Assembly (NCBI GenBank): GCA_963717235.1
Contig: CAVQVQ010000003.1
Location: 310,260 to 374,259, forward strand
Length of the DNA: 64,000 bases
Source of the DNA: an uncultured Solirubrobacterales bacterium
GTDB taxonomy: Bacteria; Actinomycetota; Thermoleophilia; Solirubrobacterales; 70-9
Direction of reading: 5' to 3'
The notes below the pieces were generated by a model. The model ran no database searches. It was not told the DNA's origin and worked only from the letters and a program-made list of their open reading frames with translations. A program made the position numbers and the translations under genes. Of the stretch, positions 48,484 to 57,284 are shown piece by piece. The stretch's first letter is position 1. Each line of letters starts with the position of its first letter.

Positions 48484-50826
48484 TCAGAACGAACGGCGGA
48501 AGGAGCGCAGGCGCAGCGAGTTGGTGACCACGAAGATCGAGCTCATCGCCATCGCCGCCCCGGCGAGGATCGGGTTGAGCATTCCGGTCATCGCCACCGG
48601 GATCAGCAGCACGTTGTACATGAAGGCGAAAAACAGGTTCTGCTTGATCGTCTTCAGGGTCGCCCGGCTGAGCCGGATCGCCTCGACCGTGCCCCGCGGG
48701 TCGCCGGAGATCAGGGTCAGGTCGCTGGCCTCGATCGCCACGTCGGAGCCGGTGCCGATCGCGATGCCGAGGTCCGACTGGGCCAGGGCGGGGGAGTCGT
48801 TGACCCCGTCGCCGACCATCGCCACGGTGCGGCCGGCCATCTGCTGGCTGCGTACGGCGTCCACCTTCTCCGACGGCAGCACCTCTGCCACCACCCGCTC
48901 GATGCCGACCTGTGAGGCGACCGCCCGGGCGGTGGTCTCGTTGTCCCCGGTAAGCAGAACGGGTTCCAGGCCGAGTGCGTGGAGTTCGGTTATCGCTTCG
49001 GCGCTGGTCTCCTTGACCGTGTCGGCCACGGCGAAGACGGCCCGGGCCTGCCCGTCCCAGGCGGCGACGATCGCGGTCTGGCCTTCGCCCTGGGCCGAGG
49101 CCAGCGCCGCTTCGAGTTCGCCGCTGATTCCGGCGGAGGCGGCCCCGGTGCCGTTGCCACTGTCTGCGAACTCGGCCGCGATCATTGACGCCCGGCCGAC
49201 CAGCAGCCGGTGGCCCTCGACCTCTCCTTCCACGCCGGAGCCCTCTCGGTTGTTGAAGTCCGAGGTGCCGGGCAGCTCCCCGACCTCCTCCCGGGCCCCG
49301 GCGGCGATCGCCCTGGCGATCGGGTGCTCGGAGGCGTCTTCGAGCGCGCCGACCAGCCGCAGGGCCTGGTCGCGCTCGACCCCCTCGGCGGTGACCACGC
49401 CGACCAGCTTCATCTCGCCGGTGGTGATCGTGCCGGTCTTGTCGAGCAGGATCGTGTCGATCCGCCGGGTCGATTCGAGCACCTGCGGGCCCTTGATCAG
49501 CAGGCCGAGGCCGGCCCCGCGGCCGGTGCCGACAAGCAGGGCCAGCGGCGTCGCCAGACCGAGCGCGCAGGGGCAGGCGATGATCAGCACCGAGACGGCG
49601 GCGCTGATCGCGAAGGCCGAGCCGCTGCCTTCGATCAGCCAGAAGGTCATGGTCAGCAGCGAAAGCACCAGCACCACCGGTACGAAGACGGCGGAGATGC
49701 GGTCGGCCAGCTTCTGCACCGGTGCCTTGCCGGTCTGTGCCTCTTCGACCAGCTTCGCGATCTGGGCCAGGGCGGTCTCGTTGCCGACCCGGGTCGCTTC
49801 CACGACCAGGCGTCCACCGGCGTTGACGCTGGCGCCGACCACTTCGTCACCGGGCTGCTTCTCGATCGGTAGCGACTCGCCGGTCAGCAGGGATTCGTCC
49901 ACCGCCGAGGCACCTTCGACCACCACACCGTCGGTGGCGACCTTCTCGCCGGGCCTGACCACGAAGCGGTCGCCGATCCCGAGCTGCTCGATCGAGACTT
50001 TGGTCTCGCTGCCGTCGGCCCCGATCAGGGAGACCTCCTTGGCGCCCATGTCCAGCAGCGCCTTGAGCGCGTCGCCGGCCCGCGACTTGGCCCGCTCCTC
50101 GAAGTAGCGGCCGGCCAGCAGGAAGGTGGTGACCACGCCGGCGACCTCGAAGTAGAGGTGGTCGAGCCCGCCGCCGCGCGAGGGGACCAGCTCGAAGCTC
50201 ATGGTCATGCCGATCTCCCCGGCCATCCCGAACAGCAGGGCGTAGAGGCTCCAGAAGTAGGCGGCCAGGGTGCCGAGCGAGATCAGCGTGTCCATCGTCG
50301 AGCCGCCGTGCCTCGCCGCCTTCCAGGCCGATCGGTGGAAAGGCAGCCCGCCCCAGAAGACGATCGGGGTCGCCAGGGCCAGGGCCAGCCACTGCCAGTA
50401 GTCGAACTGCAGGGCCGGGATCATCGTGATCAGGACCAGCGGCACGGTCAGCACGGCGCTGACCACGAAGCGGCGGTAGAGCGAAGATGCGGGTGCGACC
50501 GAATGGCTCATGTGGTCGTGGGCGTCGCTGTGGGCTGCCGCGTCGCCTCCGTCAGCAACGCTGTCCCCGGCCGGCCCGCCGGTCGGTTCCCGGGCAAGCA
50601 CCGCCGTATAGCCGGCCGAGTCGACCGCGCCGGCGAACTCCTCGGGTCCGCAGCGCTCGGGATCGAACTCGACCGCGACCTTCTTCGTGGCGAAGTTGAC
50701 CGTCGCCTCGGCCCCGTCGATCGCGTTCAGCTTCTTCTCGACCTTGCTGACGCAGGAGGCGCAGCTCATGTCGGGGACCTCGAAGCTGATGCTCTCGCGG
50801 TCAGATTCAGTTGTCTTCGAAGCCAT
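48484..50826 (-). CDS. copA: Copper-translocating P1B-type ATPase
   Basis: 780 aa with N-terminal HMA motif MSCASCV, CPC motif ([11 protein letters not shown]), DKTGTIT and [10 protein letters not shown]. Confidence 0.95.
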   Translation of the reverse strand: MASKTTESDRESISFEVPDMSCASCVSKVEKKLNAIDGAEATVNFATKKVAVEFDPERCGPEEFAGAVDSAGYTAVLAREPTGGPAGDSVADGGDAAAHSDAHDHMSHSVAPASSLYRRFVVSAVLTVPLVLITMIPALQFDYWQWLALALATPIVFWGGLPFHRSAWKAARHGGSTMDTLISLGTLAAYFWSLYALLFGMAGEIGMTMSFELVPSRGGGLDHLYFEVAGVVTTFLLAGRYFEERAKSRAGDALKALLDMGAKEVSLIGADGSETKVSIEQLGIGDRFVVRPGEKVATDGVVVEGASAVDESLLTGESLPIEKQPGDEVVGASVNAGGRLVVEATRVGNETALAQIAKLVEEAQTGKAPVQKLADRISAVFVPVVLVLSLLTMTFWLIEGSGSAFAISAAVSVLIIACPCALGLATPLALLVGTGRGAGLGLLIKGPQVLESTRRIDTILLDKTGTITTGEMKLVGVVTAEGVERDQALRLVGALEDASEHPIARAIAAGAREEVGELPGTSDFNNREGSGVEGEVEGHRLLVGRASMIAAEFADSGNGTGAASAGISGELEAALASAQGEGQTAIVAAWDGQARAVFAVADTVKETSAEAITELHALGLEPVLLTGDNETTARAVASQVGIERVVAEVLPSEKVDAVRSQQMAGRTVAMVGDGVNDSPALAQSDLGIAIGTGSDVAIEASDLTLISGDPRGTVEAIRLSRATLKTIKQNLFFAFMYNVLLIPVAMTGMLNPILAGAAMAMSSIFVVTNSLRLRSFRRSF

Positions 50827-50873
50827 CTGCGTGCCTTTCGGGGCTGCTTCAACCGTAGCGTCCTTCCGAGGCT

Positions 50874-50890
50874 ATACCCCTTGGGGGTAT
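50874..50890. promoter_or_regulatory. CsoR-type operator-like palindrome ATACCCC-TTG-GGGGTAT upstream of copA
   Basis: 48 nt upstream of the copA start. It resembles the actinobacterial/Bacillus CsoR boxes (TACCC..GGGTA) as remembered. Confidence 0.55.
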
Positions 50891-50944
50891 TAGTCAAACG
50901 TCCGTCCGATCTCCCCGCAGGCTCCTGCGGTCATACTGCGGCGC

Positions 50945-52798
50945 ATGGAAAGCAGCCCGCCCCAGGAGATCTCACTCTCGCCGGTGAAGGCGCTGCTCGA
51001 ACGCCTGCTCGAGGCCAACGCCGCCAATGATTCCGGAGAGGTCGCCTCCTACATCCCCGAACTCTCGACCGCCGACCCCGACCTGTTCGGGATCTGCCTG
51101 GTCACCGCGGGCGGCGCGGTCTACGAGGTCGGCGATACCCGTCAGGAGTTCACCATCCAGTCGATCTCGAAGCCGCTCACTTTCGCCCTGGCCCTGGAGG
51201 CCAACGGCGAGGAGGCGGTCCGCGAGCACGTCGACGTCGAGCCCAGCGGCGAGGCCTTCAACTCGATCACCCTGAAGCCCGGGTCGGGGATCCCGCTGAA
51301 CCCGATGGTCAACGCCGGGGCGATCGCGACCGCCTCGCTGATCAGGCCGATCGGCTTCGACCGTCCGATCGACCGCATCCTCAACGAGTACTCGGCCTTC
51401 GCCGGCCGGGACCTGGAGATCGACGAGGAGGTCTACCGCTCCGAGGACAAAAGCGGCCACCGCAACCGGGCGATCGCCTACCTGATGAAGAACTCCGGGG
51501 CGCTGGGCGATGAGTCCGAGGTGGAGGAAGTGGTCGAGACCTACTTCCGGCAGTGCTCGACCCTGGTCAACTGCCGCGACCTCGCGACCATGGCCGCGAC
51601 GCTCGCCTCGACCGGGGTCAACCCGGTGACCCGCGAGCGTGTGCTGCGCGAGGACACCGTGCGCAGCGTGCTCAGCGTGATGGCCAGCTGCGGAATGTAC
51701 GACGCGGCCGGCGACTGGCTCTACAACGTCGGGCTGCCGGCCAAGTCCGGGGTCGCCGGCGGGATCATCGCCGTGCTGCCCGGCCAGGTCGGCATCGCGG
51801 TCTACTCGCCGCCGCTCGATGCCCACGGAAACAGCGTGCGCGGGGTGGCGGTCTGCGAGCAGCTCTCGGCCGAACTGCGGCTGCATGTGATGAGCCCGAC
51901 CCGTCGGCCCCAGCCTCCGGTCAGGGCGCTCCACTCCTGTGCCGACAGCAGGTCGAGGAGGATGCGCCCGGCCGCCGAGCAACAGGTGCTCGAAGAGCAG
52001 GGCGGGCGGGTCCGTGTGGTCGAGCTCCAGGGTGAGATCTCCTTCGCCGCCGGAGAGCTGATCTCCAGCGTCGTCCTCGAAGCAGCCGATTCGATCGACT
52101 ACGTGGTCCTCGACTTCATGGCGGTCCGCGGGGTCGATTCGGTGGTCGTGCCGATCTTCAGTGATCTGGTCGAATCGCTGGAGCGTGCGGGAGGTCTGCT
52201 GCTCTTCTCCGACAGCGATCGCCAGCCCGACTTCGAGGAGGCCTTCAACCGGCTCCGGGAGAACCGCGGTCTGCCGAAGGTACGGGACTTCCCCGACCTC
52301 GACATGGCGATCGAATGGACCGAGGACCAGATCATCGAGCGCTACGGCGATCTGACCGAAACCGGTGAGATGCCGCTGGCCGAACACGGCGCCGCCCAGG
52401 GAATGGACCCGGAGCAGCTCGAGCGTCTCGCTGCCGTGCTCGAGCGGCGCGAGTACAGCGCCGGCGAGAGGATCTACGACGCCGAGGAGGAGGTCGTCGA
52501 GGTCCTGCTGATCACCCGTGGCGGGATCAACATCCTGGCCACCGACGGTGCCGGTGACGTTCGCCGGATGTCGACCCTCCCCGCCGGAATGGTGCTGGGC
52601 GACATCGCGATGCTCGGCGGCGGAACGCGCCTGGGCCACTCCGAGGCGGCGACCGATACGGTCGCCTACGCGCTCAGCTCGGCCGCCTACGACGAACTGA
52701 GGCGGAGCGACCCGGTCCTGCTCTCGATCTTCCTCGAGAACCTGATGAAGCTGATCGCCCTCAGGGTCGGCCACCTGCGCCGGCACATGGTCGGCTGA
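50945..52798 (+). CDS. glsA: Glutaminase A fused to a STAS domain and a cyclic-nucleotide-binding domain
   Basis: Glutaminase core (YIPEL..., QSISKP, NAGAI, GVAGGI) to about residue 310. STAS-like region RVVELQGEISFAAG...LDFMAVRGVDS. cNMP-binding region GERIYDAEEEV..LLITRGG..GDIAMLGG. Confidence 0.8.
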   Translation: MESSPPQEISLSPVKALLERLLEANAANDSGEVASYIPELSTADPDLFGICLVTAGGAVYEVGDTRQEFTIQSISKPLTFALALEANGEEAVREHVDVEPSGEAFNSITLKPGSGIPLNPMVNAGAIATASLIRPIGFDRPIDRILNEYSAFAGRDLEIDEEVYRSEDKSGHRNRAIAYLMKNSGALGDESEVEEVVETYFRQCSTLVNCRDLATMAATLASTGVNPVTRERVLREDTVRSVLSVMASCGMYDAAGDWLYNVGLPAKSGVAGGIIAVLPGQVGIAVYSPPLDAHGNSVRGVAVCEQLSAELRLHVMSPTRRPQPPVRALHSCADSRSRRMRPAAEQQVLEEQGGRVRVVELQGEISFAAGELISSVVLEAADSIDYVVLDFMAVRGVDSVVVPIFSDLVESLERAGGLLLFSDSDRQPDFEEAFNRLRENRGLPKVRDFPDLDMAIEWTEDQIIERYGDLTETGEMPLAEHGAAQGMDPEQLERLAAVLERREYSAGERIYDAEEEVVEVLLITRGGINILATDGAGDVRRMSTLPAGMVLGDIAMLGGGTRLGHSEAATDTVAYALSSAAYDELRRSDPVLLSIFLENLMKLIALRVGHLRRHMVG

Positions 52799-52871
52799 CG
52801 ACCCGACCCTTGCCTGGAACAGACTTTCGGATTTTCGCCCTGTTTGGTCTTCGCTCGGGCAATTGCTGCGT

Positions 52872-52900
52872 TTGTTGCACTCAAGTCACACAGTTATAGT
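52872..52900 (+). promoter_or_regulatory. Candidate promoter TTGTTG-N17-TATAGT of the vapBC operon
   Basis: The -10 ends 4-10 nt before the clustered ATGs at 52905, 52911 and 52917, so the leader is short or absent. Confidence 0.45.
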
Positions 52901-52904
52901 CAGA

Positions 52905-53192
52905 ATGGTCATGAAGATGGTCGGCGTAGCGGAACTGAAGGCAAAGCTCAGCGAGTACCTCGACTCGGTCAAGGCCGGTGAGGAAGTTGTGGTGACCGAA
53001 CGCGGCAAGCCTGTCGCCAGACTGAGTCGCCCGGATCCGGTCTCCGGGGAAGTCGAAGAGCTGGTCAAGTCGGGCGTGGCTCGCCCTCCTCGCAAAAAGC
53101 TGCCGACCGACTTCTTCACGAGCGTTCGTCCCGAAGATCCGGACGGCTCGATCCTCGAGTCGCTGATCGACGAGCGCCGCGAAGGTCGTTGA
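52905..53192 (+). CDS. vapB: Phd/YefM-type antitoxin (VapB)
   Basis: VGVAELKAKLSEYLDSVKAGEEVVVTERGKPVARL. Start is one of the ATGs at 52905, 52911 or 52917. The stop overlaps the vapC start. Confidence 0.8.
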   Translation: MVMKMVGVAELKAKLSEYLDSVKAGEEVVVTERGKPVARLSRPDPVSGEVEELVKSGVARPPRKKLPTDFFTSVRPEDPDGSILESLIDERREGR

Positions 53193-53629
53193 GCTTGAGG
53201 TTCTGGGACTCTTCGGCGATCGTTCCACTTCTCGTCTCGGAGGCTCGCAGCCGGATGGCGCTCGACCTGCTCGAAGCCGACCAGGGGATGGTCGTCTGGT
53301 GGGGAACCCCGCTCGAGTGCGCTTCGGCCGTTTTCAGGCGCGAACGGGCAGGTGGCCTCGGACCCGCCGAAAGCGACGCCGCGATTGCGAATCTGAAAGC
53401 CCTCGAAGACGCCTGGGTCGAGATCCAGCCCGGCGATGCCCTCAGGTCACGCGCGACCCGGGCGCTTGCGGTCCATGAACTGCGGGCCGCGGACTCACTT
53501 CAGCTGGCCGCCGCCCTTTCCTGGCGGCCCGAACCCCGGCAGGCCGACTTCGTCACCTTCGATAGCCGGCTAGGTTCCGCGGCGCGGCTCGAAGGATTCC
53601 ATCTGCTCGAGCTGCCGGGTCCGGGTTGA
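53189..53629 (+). CDS. vapC: PIN-domain toxin VapC
   Basis: FWDSSAIVPLL and AADSLQLAAAL carry the conserved acidic residues of PIN. TTGA overlap with vapB. Confidence 0.8.
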   Translation: MSLRFWDSSAIVPLLVSEARSRMALDLLEADQGMVVWWGTPLECASAVFRRERAGGLGPAESDAAIANLKALEDAWVEIQPGDALRSRATRALAVHELRAADSLQLAAALSWRPEPRQADFVTFDSRLGSAARLEGFHLLELPGPG

Positions 53630-53658
53630 GACGGCGACAGGGGCTAGGCTCGTCACAC

Positions 53659-54456
53659 ATGAGTAAGTCCGCCGCTTCCGGCTTCGCCGACCTCACGGGC
53701 AAGACCGCCCTGGTCACCGGCTGCGGCAGCGCCGAGGGCATCGGTTTCGCTATCGCCCGGGCGCTCGGCCGGCAGGGGGCCGGGGTGGCGATCTCCTCGA
53801 CCACCGAGCGCATCCACGACCGCGCCGCCGAGCTCCGGGGCCAGGGGATCGAGGTCAGCGCCCACGTCGCCGACCTGATCGACCCCTCCGAGGCGACCCG
53901 CCTGGTCGAAGAAGCCACCGCCTGGCACAGCAGCCTCAACGTGCTGGTCAACAACGCCGGCATGAGCCAGGTCGGGACCGAGGACCCTGGTCGTGAGTTC
54001 AAGGACATCAGCCACGCCGAGTGGCGGGCCGGCATCGACCAGAACCTCGATCTCGCTTTCAACGTGACCCGGGCCGCGCTGACCGCAATCACCGACTCGA
54101 AGGACGGCCGGATCATCTTCGTCGGCTCGGTCACCGGCCCGATGGTCAGCGCCCCCGGCAACCCGGCCTACAGCGCCGCCAAGGCCGGCATCGACGGCCT
54201 GATGCGCTCGCTGGCGATCGAGCTCGGGCCGACCGGCACCACGGTCAACTCGATCAACCCCGGCTGGATCGAAACCGCCAGCGCCCTGCCCGAGGAGGTC
54301 GTCGCCGGCGAACACACCCCGGTCGGCAGGCCCGGCACCCCGGACGAAGTCGCAGCCGCCGCCGTACTGCTCGCCGCCCCCGAGGCCTCCTACATAACCG
54401 GCCAGACCCTGGTCGTCGACGGCGGCAACATCATCCAGGAGATCAAGGGATCCTGA
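53659..54456 (+). CDS. SDR-family oxidoreductase (FabG-like)
   Basis: TALVTGCGSAEGIGFAIA, NNAG and YSAAKAG (YxxxK). Start taken at the ATG at 53659. Confidence 0.85.
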   Translation: MSKSAASGFADLTGKTALVTGCGSAEGIGFAIARALGRQGAGVAISSTTERIHDRAAELRGQGIEVSAHVADLIDPSEATRLVEEATAWHSSLNVLVNNAGMSQVGTEDPGREFKDISHAEWRAGIDQNLDLAFNVTRAALTAITDSKDGRIIFVGSVTGPMVSAPGNPAYSAAKAGIDGLMRSLAIELGPTGTTVNSINPGWIETASALPEEVVAGEHTPVGRPGTPDEVAAAAVLLAAPEASYITGQTLVVDGGNIIQEIKGS

Positions 54457-54475
54457 GGCGGCCCGGCCGCCGACC

Positions 54476-54517
54476 GCGAATTCGCAAGGGCCCCGGCCGA
54501 ATTCGCCTGAGTTCGAA
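54476..54517. promoter_or_regulatory. Cluster of AT-centred palindromes (GCGAATTCGC, CGAATTCG, TTCGAA) just upstream of the first island promoter motif
   Basis: Centres at about 54480.5, 54501.5 (21 bp apart) and 54514.5. Unusual in this GC-rich context. Candidate operator. Confidence 0.35.
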
Positions 54518-54523
54518 GTCGCC

Positions 54524-54550
54524 TGTCAGATCTTCCGTCCGCCCACCGAC
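54524..54550 (+). promoter_or_regulatory. Island motif copy e: TGTCAGA-N16-CGAC (ECF-like promoter candidate) upstream of the DUF6569-like operon
   Basis: TGTCAGAtcttccgtccgcccacCGAC. It lies 34 nt upstream of the SD-preceded ATG at 54585. Confidence 0.55.
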
Positions 54551-54615
54551 ACCTTCCGGGCAAGCGAAGAAGCGGAGGGGCGAGATGACGACCACACGAG
54601 AAGATGAAGTGACGA

Positions 54616-55599
54616 TTGAGGACTACCAGCGCGAGACCGCTGACGGTCGGCGAGCCGGATGTCTCGGGACCGATCGCGGTCTACCCGGTATTCGGGCCGG
54701 CGCCGGTCCAGCAGTACACCTCGATGAGCCGCGCCCAGGCGCTCGGCTTCAAGGTCAACGAGCAGCCCGGCGGTGGCTCGGTGCGCGACGTGGTCGTATC
54801 CAACCCGACCGGTTCCGCGGTTCTGATCTACGAAGGCGAAGAGGTGGTCGGTGGTCAGCAGAACCGCACCTTCGACAAGAGCCTGCTCGTGGCCCCGGGC
54901 GAAACCGTGATCGCGCCGGTCAGCTGTGTCGAGCAGGGCCGCTGGGACGGCTCCCGCAACGCCGAGGACTTCCTGCCTTCGATGCAGGCGGCCGACCCGG
55001 ACCTGCGCCGGCGCAAGGCCAGCTCCTCCCACCGGGCCCGGGTGTCCGGGATGGAAGAGCGCGCCGACCAGGGCGAGGTCTGGGCAGCCGTGTCCGACCG
55101 CTCGACCAGCCTCGGCGTGCATTCGCCGACCGGTGCCTCCAGCGATGCTTTCGAAAGCCACCGCGACCGTCTGCAGGCGAGTGCTTCGCAGATCAACCTG
55201 CACGAAGGGCAGGTCGGCATGGTCTTCCAGGTCGGAGGCAGGGTGCTCGCACTCGACCTGGTCAGCCGGCCGGAGGTCTTCGCCGATCTCCACGCGCCGC
55301 TGGTCCAGGGCTACTGCCTCGACGCGCTCGGTCGCAACACCCCGGCAAGGGTGAGGGGCACCAGGTATGCCGAGCGCTTCCTGCACAAGGTGGCCGGCAA
55401 CCGAGTCTTCGAAAACGACGGCATCGGCCTCGGCCGGGGCTTCCGTTTCGAGAACGATCGCGCGGTCGGCACCGGGCTGGTCTCGGGCGAGGAGCTGATC
55501 CAGCTCTCGGTCTTCACCAACCGACCCGAGCGCCCGGAAGCCACCGCGCGACCGACCCGCCGCACACGGATCAACCGTCCGTCGAGGCGTCACCCTTGA
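54616..55599 (+). CDS. DUF6569 / ARPP-1-like protein; start ambiguous (possible +1 frameshift from ATG at 54585)
   Basis: LTVGEPDVSGPIAVYPVF and VLIYEGEEVVGGQQNRTFDKSLLVAPGETVIAPVSCVEQGRW match my memory of that family. The first in-frame start is TTG at 54616 with no SD. A strong GGAGGGG-ATG at 54585 is in the other frame, and GC3 switches frame at about 54637-54640. Confidence 0.55.
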   Translation: MRTTSARPLTVGEPDVSGPIAVYPVFGPAPVQQYTSMSRAQALGFKVNEQPGGGSVRDVVVSNPTGSAVLIYEGEEVVGGQQNRTFDKSLLVAPGETVIAPVSCVEQGRWDGSRNAEDFLPSMQAADPDLRRRKASSSHRARVSGMEERADQGEVWAAVSDRSTSLGVHSPTGASSDAFESHRDRLQASASQINLHEGQVGMVFQVGGRVLALDLVSRPEVFADLHAPLVQGYCLDALGRNTPARVRGTRYAERFLHKVAGNRVFENDGIGLGRGFRFENDRAVGTGLVSGEELIQLSVFTNRPERPEATARPTRRTRINRPSRRHP

Positions 55600-55856
55600 G
55601 CCGCGGCAAGGAGGCCCGGCCCAGGACCCGGCCCGCGGACCCGTGCGCCTTCTGTGGCGTGCGGGTCCCGCGCCGCGGGTCCACCGACAAAGGCGAACCC
55701 AGGCTCTGCCACCCCTGCGACTCCGGAAGCAGCTACCAGTTCGCGGTGAAGCGGACTGTCCGTATGTTCACCCCGTTCGCCGAGAGCCGCTGGCGCCGCC
55801 CGGGCCTGGTCGACGCCGAAGCGACGCTCGGACTCAGGCCAAGGCCCAGAAGGTGA
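55596..55856 (+). CDS. 86-aa zinc-ribbon protein (CxxC...CxxC)
   Basis: TTG overlaps the upstream stop (TTGA). Product is SRGKEARPRTRPADPCAFCGVRVPRRGSTDKGEPRLCHPCDSGSSYQF... GC3 is very high. It is hidden inside shadow ORF 54021..55856. Confidence 0.55.
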   Translation: MSRGKEARPRTRPADPCAFCGVRVPRRGSTDKGEPRLCHPCDSGSSYQFAVKRTVRMFTPFAESRWRRPGLVDAEATLGLRPRPRR

Positions 55857-56305
55857 GACCGTGCGTGATCTGCGGCCGGTCGAAGCTCGACGGGTCGTGG
55901 CACGAAGACATCGCCGTCTGTCGTGAGTGCGAGCTCGCCCGCCGGCCGTCGGAATCGACTGAGGTCACACCCCGGCAGTTCGTCGCCGGCTCGGGCTGGC
56001 GCCTGGCGACCACCATGCTCGACCACCCGCACCAGTACACCGTTCGAGACCTGAGCAATCACGACGCCCGCAAGACCACCGCGCTCGGCCACGCCGAGTT
56101 CGAGAGCTTCGCGAGGCTCACCGCCGACCGCGGCCGCCCCGAAAGATGGGGCAGCGCCACCTACACCTACCTCGAGCTGGACGGCTGGCAGTACTGGACG
56201 ATGGGCAACCCGCCGGAGGCGACGACCATCATCAACCGGAGGCCGGTCAGCCCCGAAGCCCGGGCGGAGATCGACGAGCAGGTCCGCCGGTTCCGAGTCG
56301 CTTAG
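55853..56305 (+). CDS. 150-aa protein: N-terminal zinc ribbon plus uncharacterised C-terminal domain (PHQYTVR ... DGWQYWTMG ... IINRRP)
   Basis: GTG overlaps the upstream stop (GTGA). N-terminus is RPCVICGRSKLDGSWHEDIAVCRECE. It is the C-terminal part of ORF 55643..56305. Confidence 0.6.
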   Translation: MRPCVICGRSKLDGSWHEDIAVCRECELARRPSESTEVTPRQFVAGSGWRLATTMLDHPHQYTVRDLSNHDARKTTALGHAEFESFARLTADRGRPERWGSATYTYLELDGWQYWTMGNPPEATTIINRRPVSPEARAEIDEQVRRFRVA

Positions 56306-56326
56306 ACCCTGAAGGCTGTCGCGGCG

Positions 56327-57226
56327 CTACTCCTCCGGAACCAGGGAGAAGAGCGGCCGGCGGCATTCGGGGCAGAGCAGTTCGAGCTGACTCTCCCTGT
56401 CGACCGTCCGGCCATCGGTTGCATCGCCGGCCCAGCCGCACGAGCAGTCGATGCTTCCCATCTCACCGATGGCGGCCAGCAGATTGTTCCCGCCGCCGTT
56501 CGGGCTCCGGCGTGTCGCTTTCTTCACCTGGTGGTCGATGGCCCACCGCGGACCGAGCGGTTGGCGTTTCCCCCGGAGCTCCAGGTTGAGATTGGCGGCG
56601 AAGGTCCTGGCGGAGTAACCGGGGCCTCTGAGCTGCAGCTCTCCTTCGCGGGTCGGGTTCAGGGAAGCCAGCCTCGGGCCGTACTTCTCCCGGAGGATCC
56701 AGAGGACCTCCTCGAAGCGCGGCATCGCCTGCTTCATTCCGACCTCGCGCCAGATGACCCGGTCGCCGTGACTGAGCACGGTCCAGCCGTCCTCTTCGCC
56801 TTCGACCTCCTCGAAGTCCCAGGTGATCTCCAGGTCCTCCCCGGCCAGGTCCGGAAGCTGCGAGGCCGACTTCAGCTTGCTCTGCTCGAAGCGTTCGAAC
56901 CTCTTGTCCCACTCGGCCTGCAGGGCCCGGCTCCGGGCCATCTGCTCCTCCGTGAACCGCAGCTCGCAGCCCTCCGGTGACTTCGCGTTTTCGGGAGTCC
57001 AGGGGATGTGTGCGGCCTCGTCTACCAGGCCCATTCTCCGGTTGTACGCCCGGGCGCTGTCGTTCATGAGCTTGAAGCTCCCGTCCGGGTCGTTCACGGG
57101 GTCTTCCGGATACGCGTTCTCGCTCACCGGTCCCTCGAGCGGGTTCAGCAGTCGATCGATCCACCGCTCTTCTTCGCTGCGGTCGTCTTCGGCCACGGTC
57201 GGCTCCCCTCGTCGCTGTCCTTCCAA
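56327..57226 (-). CDS. Hypothetical acidic protein with C-terminal Cys cluster (CSCGW...CPEC)
   Basis: ORF 56327..57322. Start candidates are TTG at 57226 (7 nt after motif copy a, leaderless) or GTG at 57196 (after GGGGAG). The ORF-track start would overlap the upstream gene and the motif. Confidence 0.5.
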   Translation of the reverse strand: MEGQRRGEPTVAEDDRSEEERWIDRLLNPLEGPVSENAYPEDPVNDPDGSFKLMNDSARAYNRRMGLVDEAAHIPWTPENAKSPEGCELRFTEEQMARSRALQAEWDKRFERFEQSKLKSASQLPDLAGEDLEITWDFEEVEGEEDGWTVLSHGDRVIWREVGMKQAMPRFEEVLWILREKYGPRLASLNPTREGELQLRGPGYSARTFAANLNLELRGKRQPLGPRWAIDHQVKKATRRSPNGGGNNLLAAIGEMGSIDCSCGWAGDATDGRTVDRESQLELLCPECRRPLFSLVPEE

Positions 57227-57233
57227 CAGTTGA

Positions 57234-57260
57234 GTCGGCTCAGGGAGCCGAAATCTGACA
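57234..57260 (-). promoter_or_regulatory. Island motif copy a: TGTCAGA-N16-CGAC
   Basis: Minus strand reads TGTCAGAtttcggctccctgagcCGAC, in the gap between the stop at 57285 and the next gene. Confidence 0.55.
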
Positions 57261-57284
57261 ACGGGGGCGCCGTGAGCCTTCCGG

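Noticed and set aside
48521-52786. 528-aa plus-strand ORF over copA and 604-aa minus-strand ORF over the glutaminase gene
   Set aside because: Both are antisense shadows of confidently assigned genes.
54021-55595. 5' four-fifths of the 611-aa ORF 54021..55856
   Set aside because: It is an Arg/Pro/Gly-rich shadow running through the SDR gene and the DUF6569-like gene. Only its last 86 codons (55596..55856) look coding, with a Zn ribbon and high GC3.
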